From Methanocaldococcus indicus (lineage in GTDB: Archaea > AGJL01 > Methanococci > Methanococcales > Methanocaldococcaceae): a DNA stretch of 64,000 bases. Both the position numbers and the translations under genes were made by a program. The stretch is from positions 1,184,001 through 1,248,000 of the forward strand of contig NZ_CP186926.1 in NCBI RefSeq assembly GCF_049554935.1, read 5' to 3'. The notes under the pieces were generated by a model, which was not told where the DNA came from, did not search any database, and saw only the letters and a list, made by a program, of their open reading frames with translations. Shown here one piece after another: positions 29,649 to 40,904 of the stretch; the first letter of the stretch is position 1; each line of letters begins with the position of its first letter.

Positions 29649-31262
29649 TTCTCTATAATCTATCAACTCTTCATATCTTACTACTTCTTTCATAGCTTTG
29701 ATTTCTATTGGAATTTCATGCTCATTTAACCAAGATAATGGATTTATTCCCCCTAAATATACAATTCCAAACATATCCTTTCCAACATTTATTCCATATA
29801 GTTCATTGTTTGGCTCACCTATATCTAAAACTCCATTCCATTTTAGTTTTTTTAATACAAAATCTAATTTTTCTCTTGAAATTCTGTGAGTTTCTCTAAA
29901 TCCTGCTAAGAATGTTGTTTCACAATCCACCATATTGAAGAATATTTCATGAGGGTCTAAGGATGAGCCAGAGTATCCAATTATGTTTATAAATCTCTTT
30001 TTATCTTCTAAACATTCAATAACTCCTCCATACTTTGGGAGGATTGGTATAGAGTTGTTAATAAAAATTCCATCCAAAGTTAGAGCACATATAGTATATA
30101 TTTTTAATTTATCTTTCTCTTCAACAACTTTTAATCTATCTCCTATGCCTAAATTCTTCTTATATGCTTCTTTTAACAACTCCAAAACATCATTGTAATA
30201 TTTTTTATCAGTGTATCCTACATTTGCAATTACATTTCCAACATCTTCATCAATATCAAAATCTACCTTTGTTATTAAATTTAACATCTTAGATAGTGAG
30301 TTTTTAATCCTTATTTTTGATTTTTTATTTATAATTTCCCTATTTTCTTTTTTAAATTTAGTTAAAGATTCTAATCTTACAATTGATGACATAGGAACTA
30401 TTTCATAGTAGTAACCCATTTCAATAAATGGAGCTATTGGTGTTAATCCTCCTATTAATGCAATTCCTATATAGTCATTTCCAATATCTAAACCTAAAAC
30501 ATTCTCTTCACCATAGCTAATAACACATTTCAAATCTTCTAATTTTAAAATCTCCTCAAATTTAGGTAAATACTCTTTGGCTATTACTCTAAAATTGGCT
30601 GGAACATATCCTTCTCCATTTTCAATAACTCCTAAAACATCTGTTTCTTTCTTTTCTAAAAATGCCAATAGTGGGTCGATAGATGTTGATTTATATTCAA
30701 TAATCTCCTTAAATTCAACTGGCTGATTATCTTCAAATTTAACAATTCCTCCACATATATGGATAGGCATAATTCCATTTTGTAAGAGAATATTATCAAA
30801 ATTTAATGAGCATAAAGTTAATATTTCAGAGTAATTACCTCTATCAATTAATCCAACTCTATTTCCAACAACTAATCCAGCTGAGAATACTTTCCTTATT
30901 GTTTCAACAGCAACATCAAAATCAGCATATATCTTAGCTCTATTTATAACAACATATCCAAATCTATAATTTGATGATATAGTCTTTTCTAAGATATTTG
31001 AGTAAATACTTCCTAATCTATAACTAATATTTGCTTTTTCTAACTCCTCTAAACCTTTTTCAGTTATAATTCTCCCAGAATAGCCCAATTTTTTTGTTAA
31101 TCCTAAGCTATCTAAAATTTTTAAGTGATATCTAACAGCTCTTTCTCCAATCTTATAACCTTTTTTGTTTAGTTCTCTTGCAATGACTTTGGCTCCAACA
31201 GGTTCTTTTGAATTAGCCAATATCTCTAAAATCTCTATTAATTTTCTATCCAAATCAGGCAT
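29643..31262 (-). CDS. nrpR: global nitrogen repressor NrpR (wHTH + two NRD domains)
   Basis: GAKVIAREL..IGERAVRYHL; duplicated LCSLNFD/ICALTLDG and GGLTP/GGINP domains. Confidence 0.92.
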   Translation of the reverse strand: MPDLDRKLIEILEILANSKEPVGAKVIARELNKKGYKIGERAVRYHLKILDSLGLTKKLGYSGRIITEKGLEELEKANISYRLGSIYSNILEKTISSNYRFGYVVINRAKIYADFDVAVETIRKVFSAGLVVGNRVGLIDRGNYSEILTLCSLNFDNILLQNGIMPIHICGGIVKFEDNQPVEFKEIIEYKSTSIDPLLAFLEKKETDVLGVIENGEGYVPANFRVIAKEYLPKFEEILKLEDLKCVISYGEENVLGLDIGNDYIGIALIGGLTPIAPFIEMGYYYEIVPMSSIVRLESLTKFKKENREIINKKSKIRIKNSLSKMLNLITKVDFDIDEDVGNVIANVGYTDKKYYNDVLELLKEAYKKNLGIGDRLKVVEEKDKLKIYTICALTLDGIFINNSIPILPKYGGVIECLEDKKRFINIIGYSGSSLDPHEIFFNMVDCETTFLAGFRETHRISREKLDFVLKKLKWNGVLDIGEPNNELYGINVGKDMFGIVYLGGINPLSWLNEHEIPIEIKAMKEVVRYEELIDYREL

Positions 31263-31282
31263 ATTATATACACCATTAAATT

Positions 31283-34200
31283 TTATTTAACAAATTTTTT
31301 CCAATCTTTTTTAATATATATATTTCCTCCTTGATATTCTCCATAATCCATATTATAATTTTCTTCTAAATCTCCCTCTAACTCTAAATAAATCATTTTT
31401 AACTCATTTATTGTTTCATCATCAGCTTTCCATAAACCTCTTTGATATGCCTCTAACAATCTTCTGCTGATTTCTTCTAAAGCATATATGTTATTTTCTT
31501 TGAAAAATTCTCTGTTTTCTTTGTTTTTTATGAATGTATTAAATATCTCATCATATATCCATTTATCAACTTCTTTTGTTGTAGCACTCCATCCATACAA
31601 CCTACCAATTCTTTTGGCAATATCTCCAGCCCCTTTATAACCATGTCTTTTCATTCCTTCTATCCACTTAGGATTTAATAGTTTAGATAATGTAACTCTT
31701 TCTATTTCTTCCTTTAAAGTTCTGATTTCTACATTGTTTAATTTTCTTGTATCTCCATAATAAACTTTTATATCTTCCCTTTTTAGAGTTTTTACAGCAT
31801 TTGTTAGTCCTCCATGAGTTCCAAAGTAACAACAACATCCTAATAAGTCATACTCATCAGTTACTACTTTATTAAATGATATATCAACACTTTTCAAAAT
31901 TTCTTTAAATGCTCTATCTGCCTTTTTCCCATAAACTCCTTTACCATAGGCATAAGAATTCCAATAAATAAATACATCTTTTAAATCTTCTTCATTCTCC
32001 CAAGCACTTGAATAAATAGCATATTTAACTCCATTTCCATAAGTTCCTGGTGGAGAGCTAAATATTCTATATGTAGCTTCTCTAAATGATAATCCTTTTT
32101 TTAAATTTTCAATTGTATGTTTTTTTATAAAGTTCATCTCTAATGGTTCATCTAACTTAGCTACTTTTAAAATAGCCCTATCTAATAGTTCTATACAATT
32201 TGGAAACATATCCCTTAGAATTCCACTAACTCTAACAGTTACATCTATCCTTGGTCTTCCTAATTCCTCTAATGGAATTATTTCAACATCTACAACTTTT
32301 CCTCCTTTATATCTTGGTTTAACTCCCAATAAGTATAACATCATTCCTAAACCTTCTCCATCAGCCCACATTATATCAGAAGCCATCCAATATAAAGCTA
32401 TATTTTCTGGATATTTGTTTTCTTCTTGTAGATATTTTTCAATTAATTTTTCAGCTAATAATACTCCTACTCTATATGCTGACCTTGTTGGGACTTTATA
32501 TGGGTCTAATGAATAAAAGTTTCTACCAGTAGGGAGAATATCATAATTACCTCTTGTTATTAATCCAGAAGGTCCTGGCTCAATATATTCAGCATTGAGT
32601 CCTCTAAGTAATGATAAAATTTCATCACTTTCTTCAATTCTTTTGTTTATGTCTTTAATTTTGTTAGATAATTCAGCATCTTCAATTTCTTCTCCATCTA
32701 AAACTTTTTTAATACATTCTTTTAGATTTTTATTGTTATATTCAAACTCTAAAATGCTTCTAATATATTCAACTCTATTTTTTGGTTTTTCTCCAAAAAT
32801 ATGCATTCCATCATTACATTTTGTATTTTTTATTAATTCTAAGGTATTTCTAATATCTTCAAAAATTTCACTAAATTTTTCATGTATTTTTCCTTCTCTT
32901 TCTATTTTATTGATTTTATCTTTAATTTTTTTGAAATTTGTCTTTTTTATTTCTTCTATTATTAAATGTTCTAATTGATGTCTTCTTGAGTTATCCATCT
33001 CTTTTAAATACTCCTCTATATAGTTATTTAATGTTTCCAACTCCTCATAAAAGGCATCTACCATTACTGTCTGCATGTGGTCAATAATTACTGCATAACT
33101 TCTTCTTTTTGCTATTGTTCCTTCTGGTGGATTATCTGAATTGTAGATATATAGATGTGGAATATCTCCAATACAAATATCTGGATAGCACTCATCAGAA
33201 AGAGCTACATTTTTTCCTGGGAGGAATTCTAATGTTCCATGTGTTCCTACATGAACTATTACATCTCCAATATCATTAAAATATTTATATGTGGCTAAAT
33301 AATGATGTGTTGGAGGACATTCAGGATTATGTAAGATTTTACAAACTTCTCCATCACATCTTGCTCCAAAGCAACCTCTTTTTGGTTGCACACATACATA
33401 GACATTTCCAAATTTTAAACCAGTTATTACAATTTTTTTCTTGTTGTTGATTTTATAAATCATTCCTTCATTTAGGTTTCCCCAAGTGTCTATAACTTCT
33501 TTTTTAACTTTTTCAGGTAGATTATTGAAAAATTCATAATATTCATTTTCATCCATTAGATAGAGATAACCTCCTTTTGCAACTATCTCATTTACAGTAG
33601 TCCATCTAAACTCTGATATTGCTTTTTTCTCTAAAATTAGATTAATGAGCTCTTTTCCATCTTTTGGGATGTTCTCTACATAGTATCCATTTTCTTTTAG
33701 TTTTTTCATAATTCTAATTACACTCTCTAAACTATCTAAATGTGCAGCACTACCTATTGTTACCTCTAATGATGAACATGCAGAACTGTGTAAAACAAAA
33801 ATAACCTTTCTATCCTTTTTAGGTTTGTATTTTAATTCTATCCATCTTTTAATTCTTCTTACAACTTTATCAATTCTTTCATCAATAGCTCTCTTTTTTT
33901 CTAATCCATTTAAATTTTCTGTTGTTCCTATAATTATAGGATCTATAATTCCTTCTAATTCTGGCATTGATATAGTCCAACCTATCTCATAAGATAAAGC
34001 TTCTTTATTCTCTTTCCAAGATTTGTAGTTGTTATAATAGCTAACAACTGGATGGAAAATAGGAACATTTAATTTCTTTAATATTTCTACTCCTGAATTC
34101 TTATTTAATCCTGAGTTGTCTTTAACTGTATTTAAAGGAAATGATAATAAATTTATTAGAGCATCAATAAGTGGTTTTCCATCTTTAAAGAAGTATTTTA

Positions 34201-34813
34201 GAATAGATTCTCCACTACCTAATGCATTTAGCTCTTCACACTTAGCTCCATAAGTAAAGACAGGAATTACATTAAACTCTTTTTCTAACCTTTTAATTAA
34301 TTTTTTAATAACATCCATATCTTCATTAACTAAATAGTGCCTTGAAAATAAAACTCCAACTGTATATTTTTTTGTAAATTTATATTTACTTAAAAATTCT
34401 TCTAACTCTTCAAAAACTTCCCCTTTATAGTAAATTCCTTGAAAAGGTTTTTTTACTACATCTACATCATAACCCAATAAATATAAAACTAAATTTTTAA
34501 AGTTTTCAATTCCTCCATATGTTGTAAATAGATAGCATTTCTTTGATTTTTCAGAATTCCAAAATTCAGGATATTGTGAAGTAATAATTACATTTTTGTT
34601 TATTTTCTCTATTTTAGACAGAGGAATATCATCAGAAGATGTCTTATAAATAAAAACTAAATCAGCATCTTTAATATCATCTAAAAATTTTTCATCAATT
34701 GGTTCTCTGTTTGAGTATATTTTATATTCAATATCAATGTCTTTTTTTAACTCCTCTAATGCTTTATTTAATATAGAACAGTAAGAAGCCCACATATAGA
34801 AGACAATTTTCAT
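31283..34813 (-). CDS. cobN: cobaltochelatase CobN family subunit
   Basis: HVGTHGTLEFLPGK, EGTIAKRR, LPTGRNFY, RPRIDV, LLNPKWIEGM; ATG at 34813. Confidence 0.9.
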   Translation of the reverse strand: MKIVFYMWASYCSILNKALEELKKDIDIEYKIYSNREPIDEKFLDDIKDADLVFIYKTSSDDIPLSKIEKINKNVIITSQYPEFWNSEKSKKCYLFTTYGGIENFKNLVLYLLGYDVDVVKKPFQGIYYKGEVFEELEEFLSKYKFTKKYTVGVLFSRHYLVNEDMDVIKKLIKRLEKEFNVIPVFTYGAKCEELNALGSGESILKYFFKDGKPLIDALINLLSFPLNTVKDNSGLNKNSGVEILKKLNVPIFHPVVSYYNNYKSWKENKEALSYEIGWTISMPELEGIIDPIIIGTTENLNGLEKKRAIDERIDKVVRRIKRWIELKYKPKKDRKVIFVLHSSACSSLEVTIGSAAHLDSLESVIRIMKKLKENGYYVENIPKDGKELINLILEKKAISEFRWTTVNEIVAKGGYLYLMDENEYYEFFNNLPEKVKKEVIDTWGNLNEGMIYKINNKKKIVITGLKFGNVYVCVQPKRGCFGARCDGEVCKILHNPECPPTHHYLATYKYFNDIGDVIVHVGTHGTLEFLPGKNVALSDECYPDICIGDIPHLYIYNSDNPPEGTIAKRRSYAVIIDHMQTVMVDAFYEELETLNNYIEEYLKEMDNSRRHQLEHLIIEEIKKTNFKKIKDKINKIEREGKIHEKFSEIFEDIRNTLELIKNTKCNDGMHIFGEKPKNRVEYIRSILEFEYNNKNLKECIKKVLDGEEIEDAELSNKIKDINKRIEESDEILSLLRGLNAEYIEPGPSGLITRGNYDILPTGRNFYSLDPYKVPTRSAYRVGVLLAEKLIEKYLQEENKYPENIALYWMASDIMWADGEGLGMMLYLLGVKPRYKGGKVVDVEIIPLEELGRPRIDVTVRVSGILRDMFPNCIELLDRAILKVAKLDEPLEMNFIKKHTIENLKKGLSFREATYRIFSSPPGTYGNGVKYAIYSSAWENEEDLKDVFIYWNSYAYGKGVYGKKADRAFKEILKSVDISFNKVVTDEYDLLGCCCYFGTHGGLTNAVKTLKREDIKVYYGDTRKLNNVEIRTLKEEIERVTLSKLLNPKWIEGMKRHGYKGAGDIAKRIGRLYGWSATTKEVDKWIYDEIFNTFIKNKENREFFKENNIYALEEISRRLLEAYQRGLWKADDETINELKMIYLELEGDLEENYNMDYGEYQGGNIYIKKDWKKFVK

Positions 34814-34989
34814 ATTCTCACTTTTAGATATTATAAAAAACATCTTCATTAGGGTAATAATAATACATAATATTAAATATTTTATTATTATATGTAATAA
34901 AAAGATTTCATCATTTATTAATAATTAATTGTTTATAATAATTAATATTAGTAAAAAATTCATTAAAATAAGTTAGAGAGCTTTTAGTA

Positions 34990-36131
34990 TCAACATATAT
35001 TTAGTAATCTCTTTATAGCAATCCAAATTAGGAAGGATTGAGGTTTAAGGATTCCATTGACAGGATTTAGGAAGAGAATATTCTTTTTAACTAAATAGAT
35101 ATAAATAGGAGTAGGAATTTCTTTTTTATCAATTATATATTTATCTTTAAACAATTTTAGGGCTTTAATTATATCCTCTTTTTTATTTCAATAACATCAT
35201 CTCCAATACTTACTTTTGGTTTTGAATAATCTAAGACCTCTAAAAACATATCCAACTTCTGAATAGCATCTTTAAGTAAATAATCTAAAACTTCTTTTAA
35301 CTCCTTAAATTCAAGCTCTTCAACAACATATTTAATATCCTTTGGCTTTCCACCAACATAAGAATAAATAAGTTCTTTCTCATCATTAGAGAGTTTTTTA
35401 TTTAAAATCTCTTCAGATAGAAAATCTATAAATTTTAAAGCAGTTTTTTTATCAAAATCATCTACTAAGATATATTTGGCTCTACCATCCAACATAGCTT
35501 CATTATAAACCTTCTCAATAAACAAGCTATCAGAGGATAAACAAAAAACATGGCATAGGTGTTTATGCTTAGTTAAGGAAATAAAATAATTAAATAGTTC
35601 ATAAATCAAAAATCCATTTATTTTTAAATCTCCTATTTTTTGCAATTCATCTAATATTATTATTGGTTGCTTTCCTTCTTTTTTAACTTCTAAAAAAATT
35701 TTAGTTAGATAATTAAAAACATCATCTGAATTTTTATCTTTTAATAATTGGTTTAATAGATTTTTAGGTATTGGTATGCCTGTTAAAACATTAGATGTTA
35801 TTGAAGCAATGGAAGGAATATCTATAAAGTCAGGGCTATCTTTAATTAATGGTTTTAAAAGATTTTTTAACCAGTCAAAAAAAGATTTTTTCGGAGTGTA
35901 TGTTTTAAACAAGATTCTTATGAAATCATCATATCTTGATATAAATATCTCCCTCAAATCAAAATAAAAAATAACATACTTATCCTTATCTAACCTATTA
36001 TTAATTATCTCATTTATTAAAGCCGTCTTCCCAGAGTTTATTGGTCCATATATAAAATATATAAAACTTGGCTCACTCTCTATTATTGAGAGTATCTCTC
36101 TTATCTCTTCCTCCCTATTAAAAAATTTCAT
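34990..36131 (-). pseudogene. archaeal ATPase (ATPase_2, MJ-type), frameshifted near the 3' end
   Basis: [30 protein letters not shown]; frame breaks at the T6 run 35179-35184; continuation [28 protein letters not shown] ends at 34990. Confidence 0.82.
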
Positions 36132-36263
36132 AATTCCCCACCAAAACAAATTTTGAAACAGTTTCAATATAGTTGTTTTTAATTTTATTATTAATTAGAA
36201 CCAAAAAGATTATTTATTTTAAGAATATAAAATAACTTTAAAATACTATATTGAGGTGAAATA

Positions 36264-37460
36264 TTGATAAAAAAGCTATTTATAATAACTATTCTTACAA
36301 TATTACCATCTGTTTTAGCAATGTCTAATCCTATAATTGTAGTTAATAAATCAACTGTTGATTATATAAACTCTCAACCTCTTTTAGATGATTTTTATTC
36401 ATATATAAAGTATAATTCATCAAATAACACTCTTTATTTATTTAGGCATAATGTAGATTATATTTTTGCTGATGATATACTATACTTAGATAATTCAAAA
36501 ATAACATTTGAAAGAGATAACAACTCAGTAGTTTTTAAATATTTATATGTTAATGTTTCAAATCCAATAATTCTTGGAAATTATAAACTTTACAAAATAG
36601 AAGATGATTATATTATATTAAAATCAAATAATTCAGAGGAATTTATAACAAACAGCTCTTTTAGTTATAAAGAATATAATATAAGTATTGTTTTAGTTTC
36701 ATTAGATTATTCAAATGTTATAGTAAATATATCAAAAAATAGTTCTTCTGAATCTATAAAATTGAATCTAGGAAAGCCTTATTATTACAAAGATTTTGAG
36801 ATAATATATTCCAATTACTCAAAATATTCTAAAAAATTACAATTTAAAGTCTATGATATTAAAAAAATATCTGTTGGGAATTATATTGATGGATATAAAG
36901 TAGTTGATATAAATAGTAAGTATGTGGAATTGGAAGTAAATAAAACCAATAAAATTAAATTTTTGAATTATTTAATTGAATATATAAAATCTGTTGGAAA
37001 CTACTCAATGTTTAAAGTTATTTATAACAAAACTGAGGTTTATAATCTAACTAATAAAGAACTTTTAGAGATAGATAACAATTTATATGCAATTAATAAC
37101 AATGGAACTATTTATTTATATTACAAAGACAGAAAAATAGATGAAAATAAAAAATTACATTTTGGTTTAGAAGATATTTATGGCATTAATTTATTAAAAA
37201 TAGACAGAGATATTATTTTAATTGGAGGTCCAGTAGTTAATAAATATGTAAGGTATTTAATTGATGAAGGTTATTTAAAAGTAAATATTACTAACAACTA
37301 TCCAGGAAAAGGTAAAGGGGTTATTGCAAAAATAAAGAATCCTTACAATAATAAATATTATATTTATGTTCTTGCTGGAAGTGATAGGGTTGGGACTAAA
37401 AAAGCAATTGAATATTTTATAAGTAATAGAATTAACAAAAACATAATATTTGTAAATTAG
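36264..37460 (+). CDS. secreted S-layer-domain protein
   Basis: Signal peptide; C-terminal IILIGGPVVNKYV..GKG..VLAGSDRVGT typical of Methanococcales S-layer C-domains. Confidence 0.75.
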   Translation: MIKKLFIITILTILPSVLAMSNPIIVVNKSTVDYINSQPLLDDFYSYIKYNSSNNTLYLFRHNVDYIFADDILYLDNSKITFERDNNSVVFKYLYVNVSNPIILGNYKLYKIEDDYIILKSNNSEEFITNSSFSYKEYNISIVLVSLDYSNVIVNISKNSSSESIKLNLGKPYYYKDFEIIYSNYSKYSKKLQFKVYDIKKISVGNYIDGYKVVDINSKYVELEVNKTNKIKFLNYLIEYIKSVGNYSMFKVIYNKTEVYNLTNKELLEIDNNLYAINNNGTIYLYYKDRKIDENKKLHFGLEDIYGINLLKIDRDIILIGGPVVNKYVRYLIDEGYLKVNITNNYPGKGKGVIAKIKNPYNNKYYIYVLAGSDRVGTKKAIEYFISNRINKNIIFVN

Positions 37461-37496
37461 ATACCACATCATTAACCCAAATAATGGTGTAGATAT

Positions 37497-38465
37497 ATGG
37501 AAGCTGAAAAGTTAAAATTACTATTAGAAGCTATTACACTAGCAGAAAAAAACAAAATTGAAGAGGCAATTGATTATTTAGATGAAATCCTAAAAAAAGA
37601 TGAAGCTAACAAATATGCAATATTTCTAAAAGGTTTATGTTATGAATGTTTAGGAAAACTAAAAGAATCAATTACTGAATATGAAAAACTAAATTTAATA
37701 TATAATAAACAAAATGCCATTATTTTAAATAAATTAATGAATCTTTATTTTGTATATGGGGATTTTGATAACTGTATTGAATGTATCAACAACTTTTCAA
37801 AAATTCTTGGAGAAACTATAACTACACAACTCTTAGAGGCTATAATATATGTTGAGATAGGGGAGTATGATAAAGCTCTCAAAGTTTTAGATAAAATCCT
37901 AAAAAAAGATGATAAACATGCCCATGCACTTAGATTAAAAGCTACATTACTTCATTCCTTTGGAAAAGTAGAAGAAGCTATTAAAATTATTGATAAACTG
38001 TTAGAGATTGATAAGGATGATGGATATGCATGGTATCTAAAAGGTAAGTGGCTAAAAGAAATTGGCAATTTTGAAGAGGCTTTAAAATGTCTTTATGTAG
38101 CTATGGAGCTAAAAAAGGATTTGTTCCATGTTCATAAAGATTTAGGTCATTTAGAGCTAATAATTGGAGATGTAAAAGAAGCTATAAACCATTTGGAAGA
38201 ATACTTAAAGAAATATCCTAATGATTTAGAAGCAATTTTATATTTAGCTATGGCTTATGAAAAAGCCAAAAAATATGAAAAAGCTTTAGAGTTATATAAT
38301 AAAATTATATCAACTAAAGAAAAACATATGAACTATACTGTATATTTAGCTATGCTACATAAGGCTGGTGTTTTAGAAAGATTAGGAAAATATGAAGAAG
38401 CTTTAGATATATACAATCAACTATTTGAAGCTGATAATCATGGCGAAAGTGAAAATAAACAATAA
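37497..38465 (+). CDS. tetratricopeptide repeat protein
   Basis: Repeated 34-aa TPR patterns (e.g. [19 protein letters not shown]). Confidence 0.88.
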   Translation: MEAEKLKLLLEAITLAEKNKIEEAIDYLDEILKKDEANKYAIFLKGLCYECLGKLKESITEYEKLNLIYNKQNAIILNKLMNLYFVYGDFDNCIECINNFSKILGETITTQLLEAIIYVEIGEYDKALKVLDKILKKDDKHAHALRLKATLLHSFGKVEEAIKIIDKLLEIDKDDGYAWYLKGKWLKEIGNFEEALKCLYVAMELKKDLFHVHKDLGHLELIIGDVKEAINHLEEYLKKYPNDLEAILYLAMAYEKAKKYEKALELYNKIISTKEKHMNYTVYLAMLHKAGVLERLGKYEEALDIYNQLFEADNHGESENKQ

Positions 38466-39924
38466 AGAAAAAGAAGGGAAGTATTTAAGAGATGTAGTTA
38501 AGGGAGAGTTTTATAAAGAAGGTGCAAATATAGTTATAATTAAAGGAATTAAAAAAGAATCTGAAGAAGGTAGAAGATTCTTAATTAAGACAAATAAAGG
38601 GAATATAACTATTGCTATAACAGAAGATAATGAAACTGCTAATTTCTTTTTAAATAATTATAAGAATTTTGTTAAAAAATTAAGATGGGTTAGTGGAGTT
38701 GATATTGCCTTTGGACCTACAAGAATAGATTTAGAGATTTCAGATGAAGAGAAAAAATTTGAAAAATGGGATGTTCTTTTATCTCTTAGTGGTTTAGATA
38801 TAGATGAAGGACACTTAATTTTTATAACTAAAAAAACATCTGGGATTTATGGATTAAAAGAGCCAAAGATTGGAAGAGTTGTTGGAGGAAAATGGGTTTT
38901 GTCTAACTTAGAGTTAGGGGATTATATAATAGATATAGAACCAATAAGAGAAGAAAAAGAAGCAGTTGATTATATTACAACTACAAACTTAGATTTAGAG
39001 TTGGAGGATGGTTGGGAAATATATACATACTTTACAGCTGAATTTGATGGACCAGCTGAAAGTGTAGAGCACTGTTTAGCAGTGATGGAAGATAATATTT
39101 TTGAAGTATCAGATAGTACAAATACATACATAGCTGATTCAAGATTACAAACTTTAAAGATAGAGGAAGGTAATCTAATTGATAGAGATAGGGGAACCAT
39201 AACAGTTAGGAACTTTGGAGTTGGTGAAGGAAAAGTTTATATCTACAAAGAAAGTAGAACTTCCTCCTTATCTCACACTGTTGTAGGAAAAGTTAAAGAA
39301 GGTTTAGAGTTAGTTGATTTCTCAGATTCTGGAATATTAACTGTTAAAACAATTCCTGAAAGGTTATGTGTCATAGGATTGGAGTTAGATGAAGCATTAG
39401 AGAAATTAAAAAAATACAATATTGAGGTAGATGTTGAAGGAAATGGGATAGTTGTTGAGCAAGAGCCAAAATATACATTAGATGTATTAAAAACTAAAAA
39501 AGTTAAATTAAAATGTTTAGATAAAAGCAAGATATTGGTTATTGAGTTGTATGAAGATAAAGCCCCAATAACATCATGGTATTTTAGAAAGACAACAGGT
39601 TTAACAACAATAAGAGTAGGAAAACTTCATGTATATTTCAAACATAAAGATGTTGTTATGTTTAAAGGAAATCCTGAATATGCAAAAGGTCTCCTTCCAG
39701 AAAATACTCCAAAAGATGTAGTTAAAGCTTATGAAATTGGAGTTACAAACATGGTTAGTAGATATAAGGGAATGATTGGAGTTAGGTTAAGTGATAGTGA
39801 TAAGTTTGGGCCAACAGGGGAAAGTTTTGAAAAGACAAATATTGTGGGTAGAGTTGTAGAAAATTATGAGATATTAAATAAAGTTAGAACAGGAGATGAG
39901 GTTTATATCTTACTAAAAAAATAA
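38440..39924 (+). CDS. mmp3: methanogenesis marker protein 3 (UPF0288, cyclophilin-like folds)
   Basis: [37 protein letters not shown] motifs; ATG at 38440. Confidence 0.88.
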   Translation: MAKVKINNKEKEGKYLRDVVKGEFYKEGANIVIIKGIKKESEEGRRFLIKTNKGNITIAITEDNETANFFLNNYKNFVKKLRWVSGVDIAFGPTRIDLEISDEEKKFEKWDVLLSLSGLDIDEGHLIFITKKTSGIYGLKEPKIGRVVGGKWVLSNLELGDYIIDIEPIREEKEAVDYITTTNLDLELEDGWEIYTYFTAEFDGPAESVEHCLAVMEDNIFEVSDSTNTYIADSRLQTLKIEEGNLIDRDRGTITVRNFGVGEGKVYIYKESRTSSLSHTVVGKVKEGLELVDFSDSGILTVKTIPERLCVIGLELDEALEKLKKYNIEVDVEGNGIVVEQEPKYTLDVLKTKKVKLKCLDKSKILVIELYEDKAPITSWYFRKTTGLTTIRVGKLHVYFKHKDVVMFKGNPEYAKGLLPENTPKDVVKAYEIGVTNMVSRYKGMIGVRLSDSDKFGPTGESFEKTNIVGRVVENYEILNKVRTGDEVYILLKK

Positions 39925-39962
39925 ACTTTTTACAATAAAACTTTTTACTTTGAGGGAGTAGA

Positions 39963-40871
39963 ATGAAAAAGATATATATACTTATCCTTATTTTGTTTCT
40001 TTTAACAGTATCTATTTTTGCTGCAGGAATTTATTTTTTAGGAGATTTTAGTTTTGGAAATAAAATAGCTATTGTTTATCTAAATGGTCCTATTTATTAT
40101 GATTACTCAGAAGATAATTCAATATTCCCAACAGAAAAGAAAGATGCAAGATATTACATAAAGTTATTAAACAAATTGAGAGAAGATAACTCTGTTAAAG
40201 GAGTTTTATTAGTAGTTAATTCCCCTGGAGGAGAAGTAGTAGCAAGTGAAGATTTAGCTAATGCTGTTAAAAAACTTAGAGAAAAAAAGCCAGTAGTTGT
40301 CTATGTTGAAACATTAGATGCTTCAGGAGCATATATGGTTTCAGCTCCAGCCAATTATATAGTTGCTCATAGGGACTCTATAGTTGGAAGTATAGGAGTT
40401 AGGATGGATATTGTTCATTATTATGGTTTGATGAAAAAGCTTGGAATTAATGTAACTGTAATAAAAGCTGGAAAATATAAAGATATTGGCTCACCATATA
40501 GACCAATGACACCAGAGGAAAAAAGATATCTACAAAAGCTAATAAATGAAACATACATATATTTTGTTAAATGGGTTGCTGAAAATAGAAATTTATCCTT
40601 AAATTATACATTTGAAATAGCAGATGGAAAGATATATAGTGGAGAAGATGCTGTAAAAGTTGGATTAGTAGATGAAGTAGGAGATAAAGAAAAAGCTTTA
40701 AAAATTCTTGAGAAGTTGGCAAATGTATCAAATCCATCAATTGAAGAATATGGATTAGAAAGTAGTTCAGGATTGTTTGGTTTAAAAACATTAATGTATT
40801 ATTTAGGTTTAGGAATTGGAAATGGTATTGGAGAGGTTTTAGTGAAAAATGAAAAGATAAGGTTATATTAA
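39963..40871 (+). CDS. sppA: signal peptide peptidase SppA (S49)
   Basis: NSPGG, ASGAY, GSIGV, GKYKDIG. Confidence 0.92.
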   Translation: MKKIYILILILFLLTVSIFAAGIYFLGDFSFGNKIAIVYLNGPIYYDYSEDNSIFPTEKKDARYYIKLLNKLREDNSVKGVLLVVNSPGGEVVASEDLANAVKKLREKKPVVVYVETLDASGAYMVSAPANYIVAHRDSIVGSIGVRMDIVHYYGLMKKLGINVTVIKAGKYKDIGSPYRPMTPEEKRYLQKLINETYIYFVKWVAENRNLSLNYTFEIADGKIYSGEDAVKVGLVDEVGDKEKALKILEKLANVSNPSIEEYGLESSSGLFGLKTLMYYLGLGIGNGIGEVLVKNEKIRLY

Positions 40872-40904
40872 GTATAAAATTTAATTATTTGGATTAGGGG
40901 AAAT

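Noticed and set aside
34864-34896. TACATA...TATGTA upstream of cobN, and TACATA at 42085 upstream of ehbE, as EarA boxes
   Set aside because: An AT-rich hexamer is expected by chance; no tandem array next to a promoter
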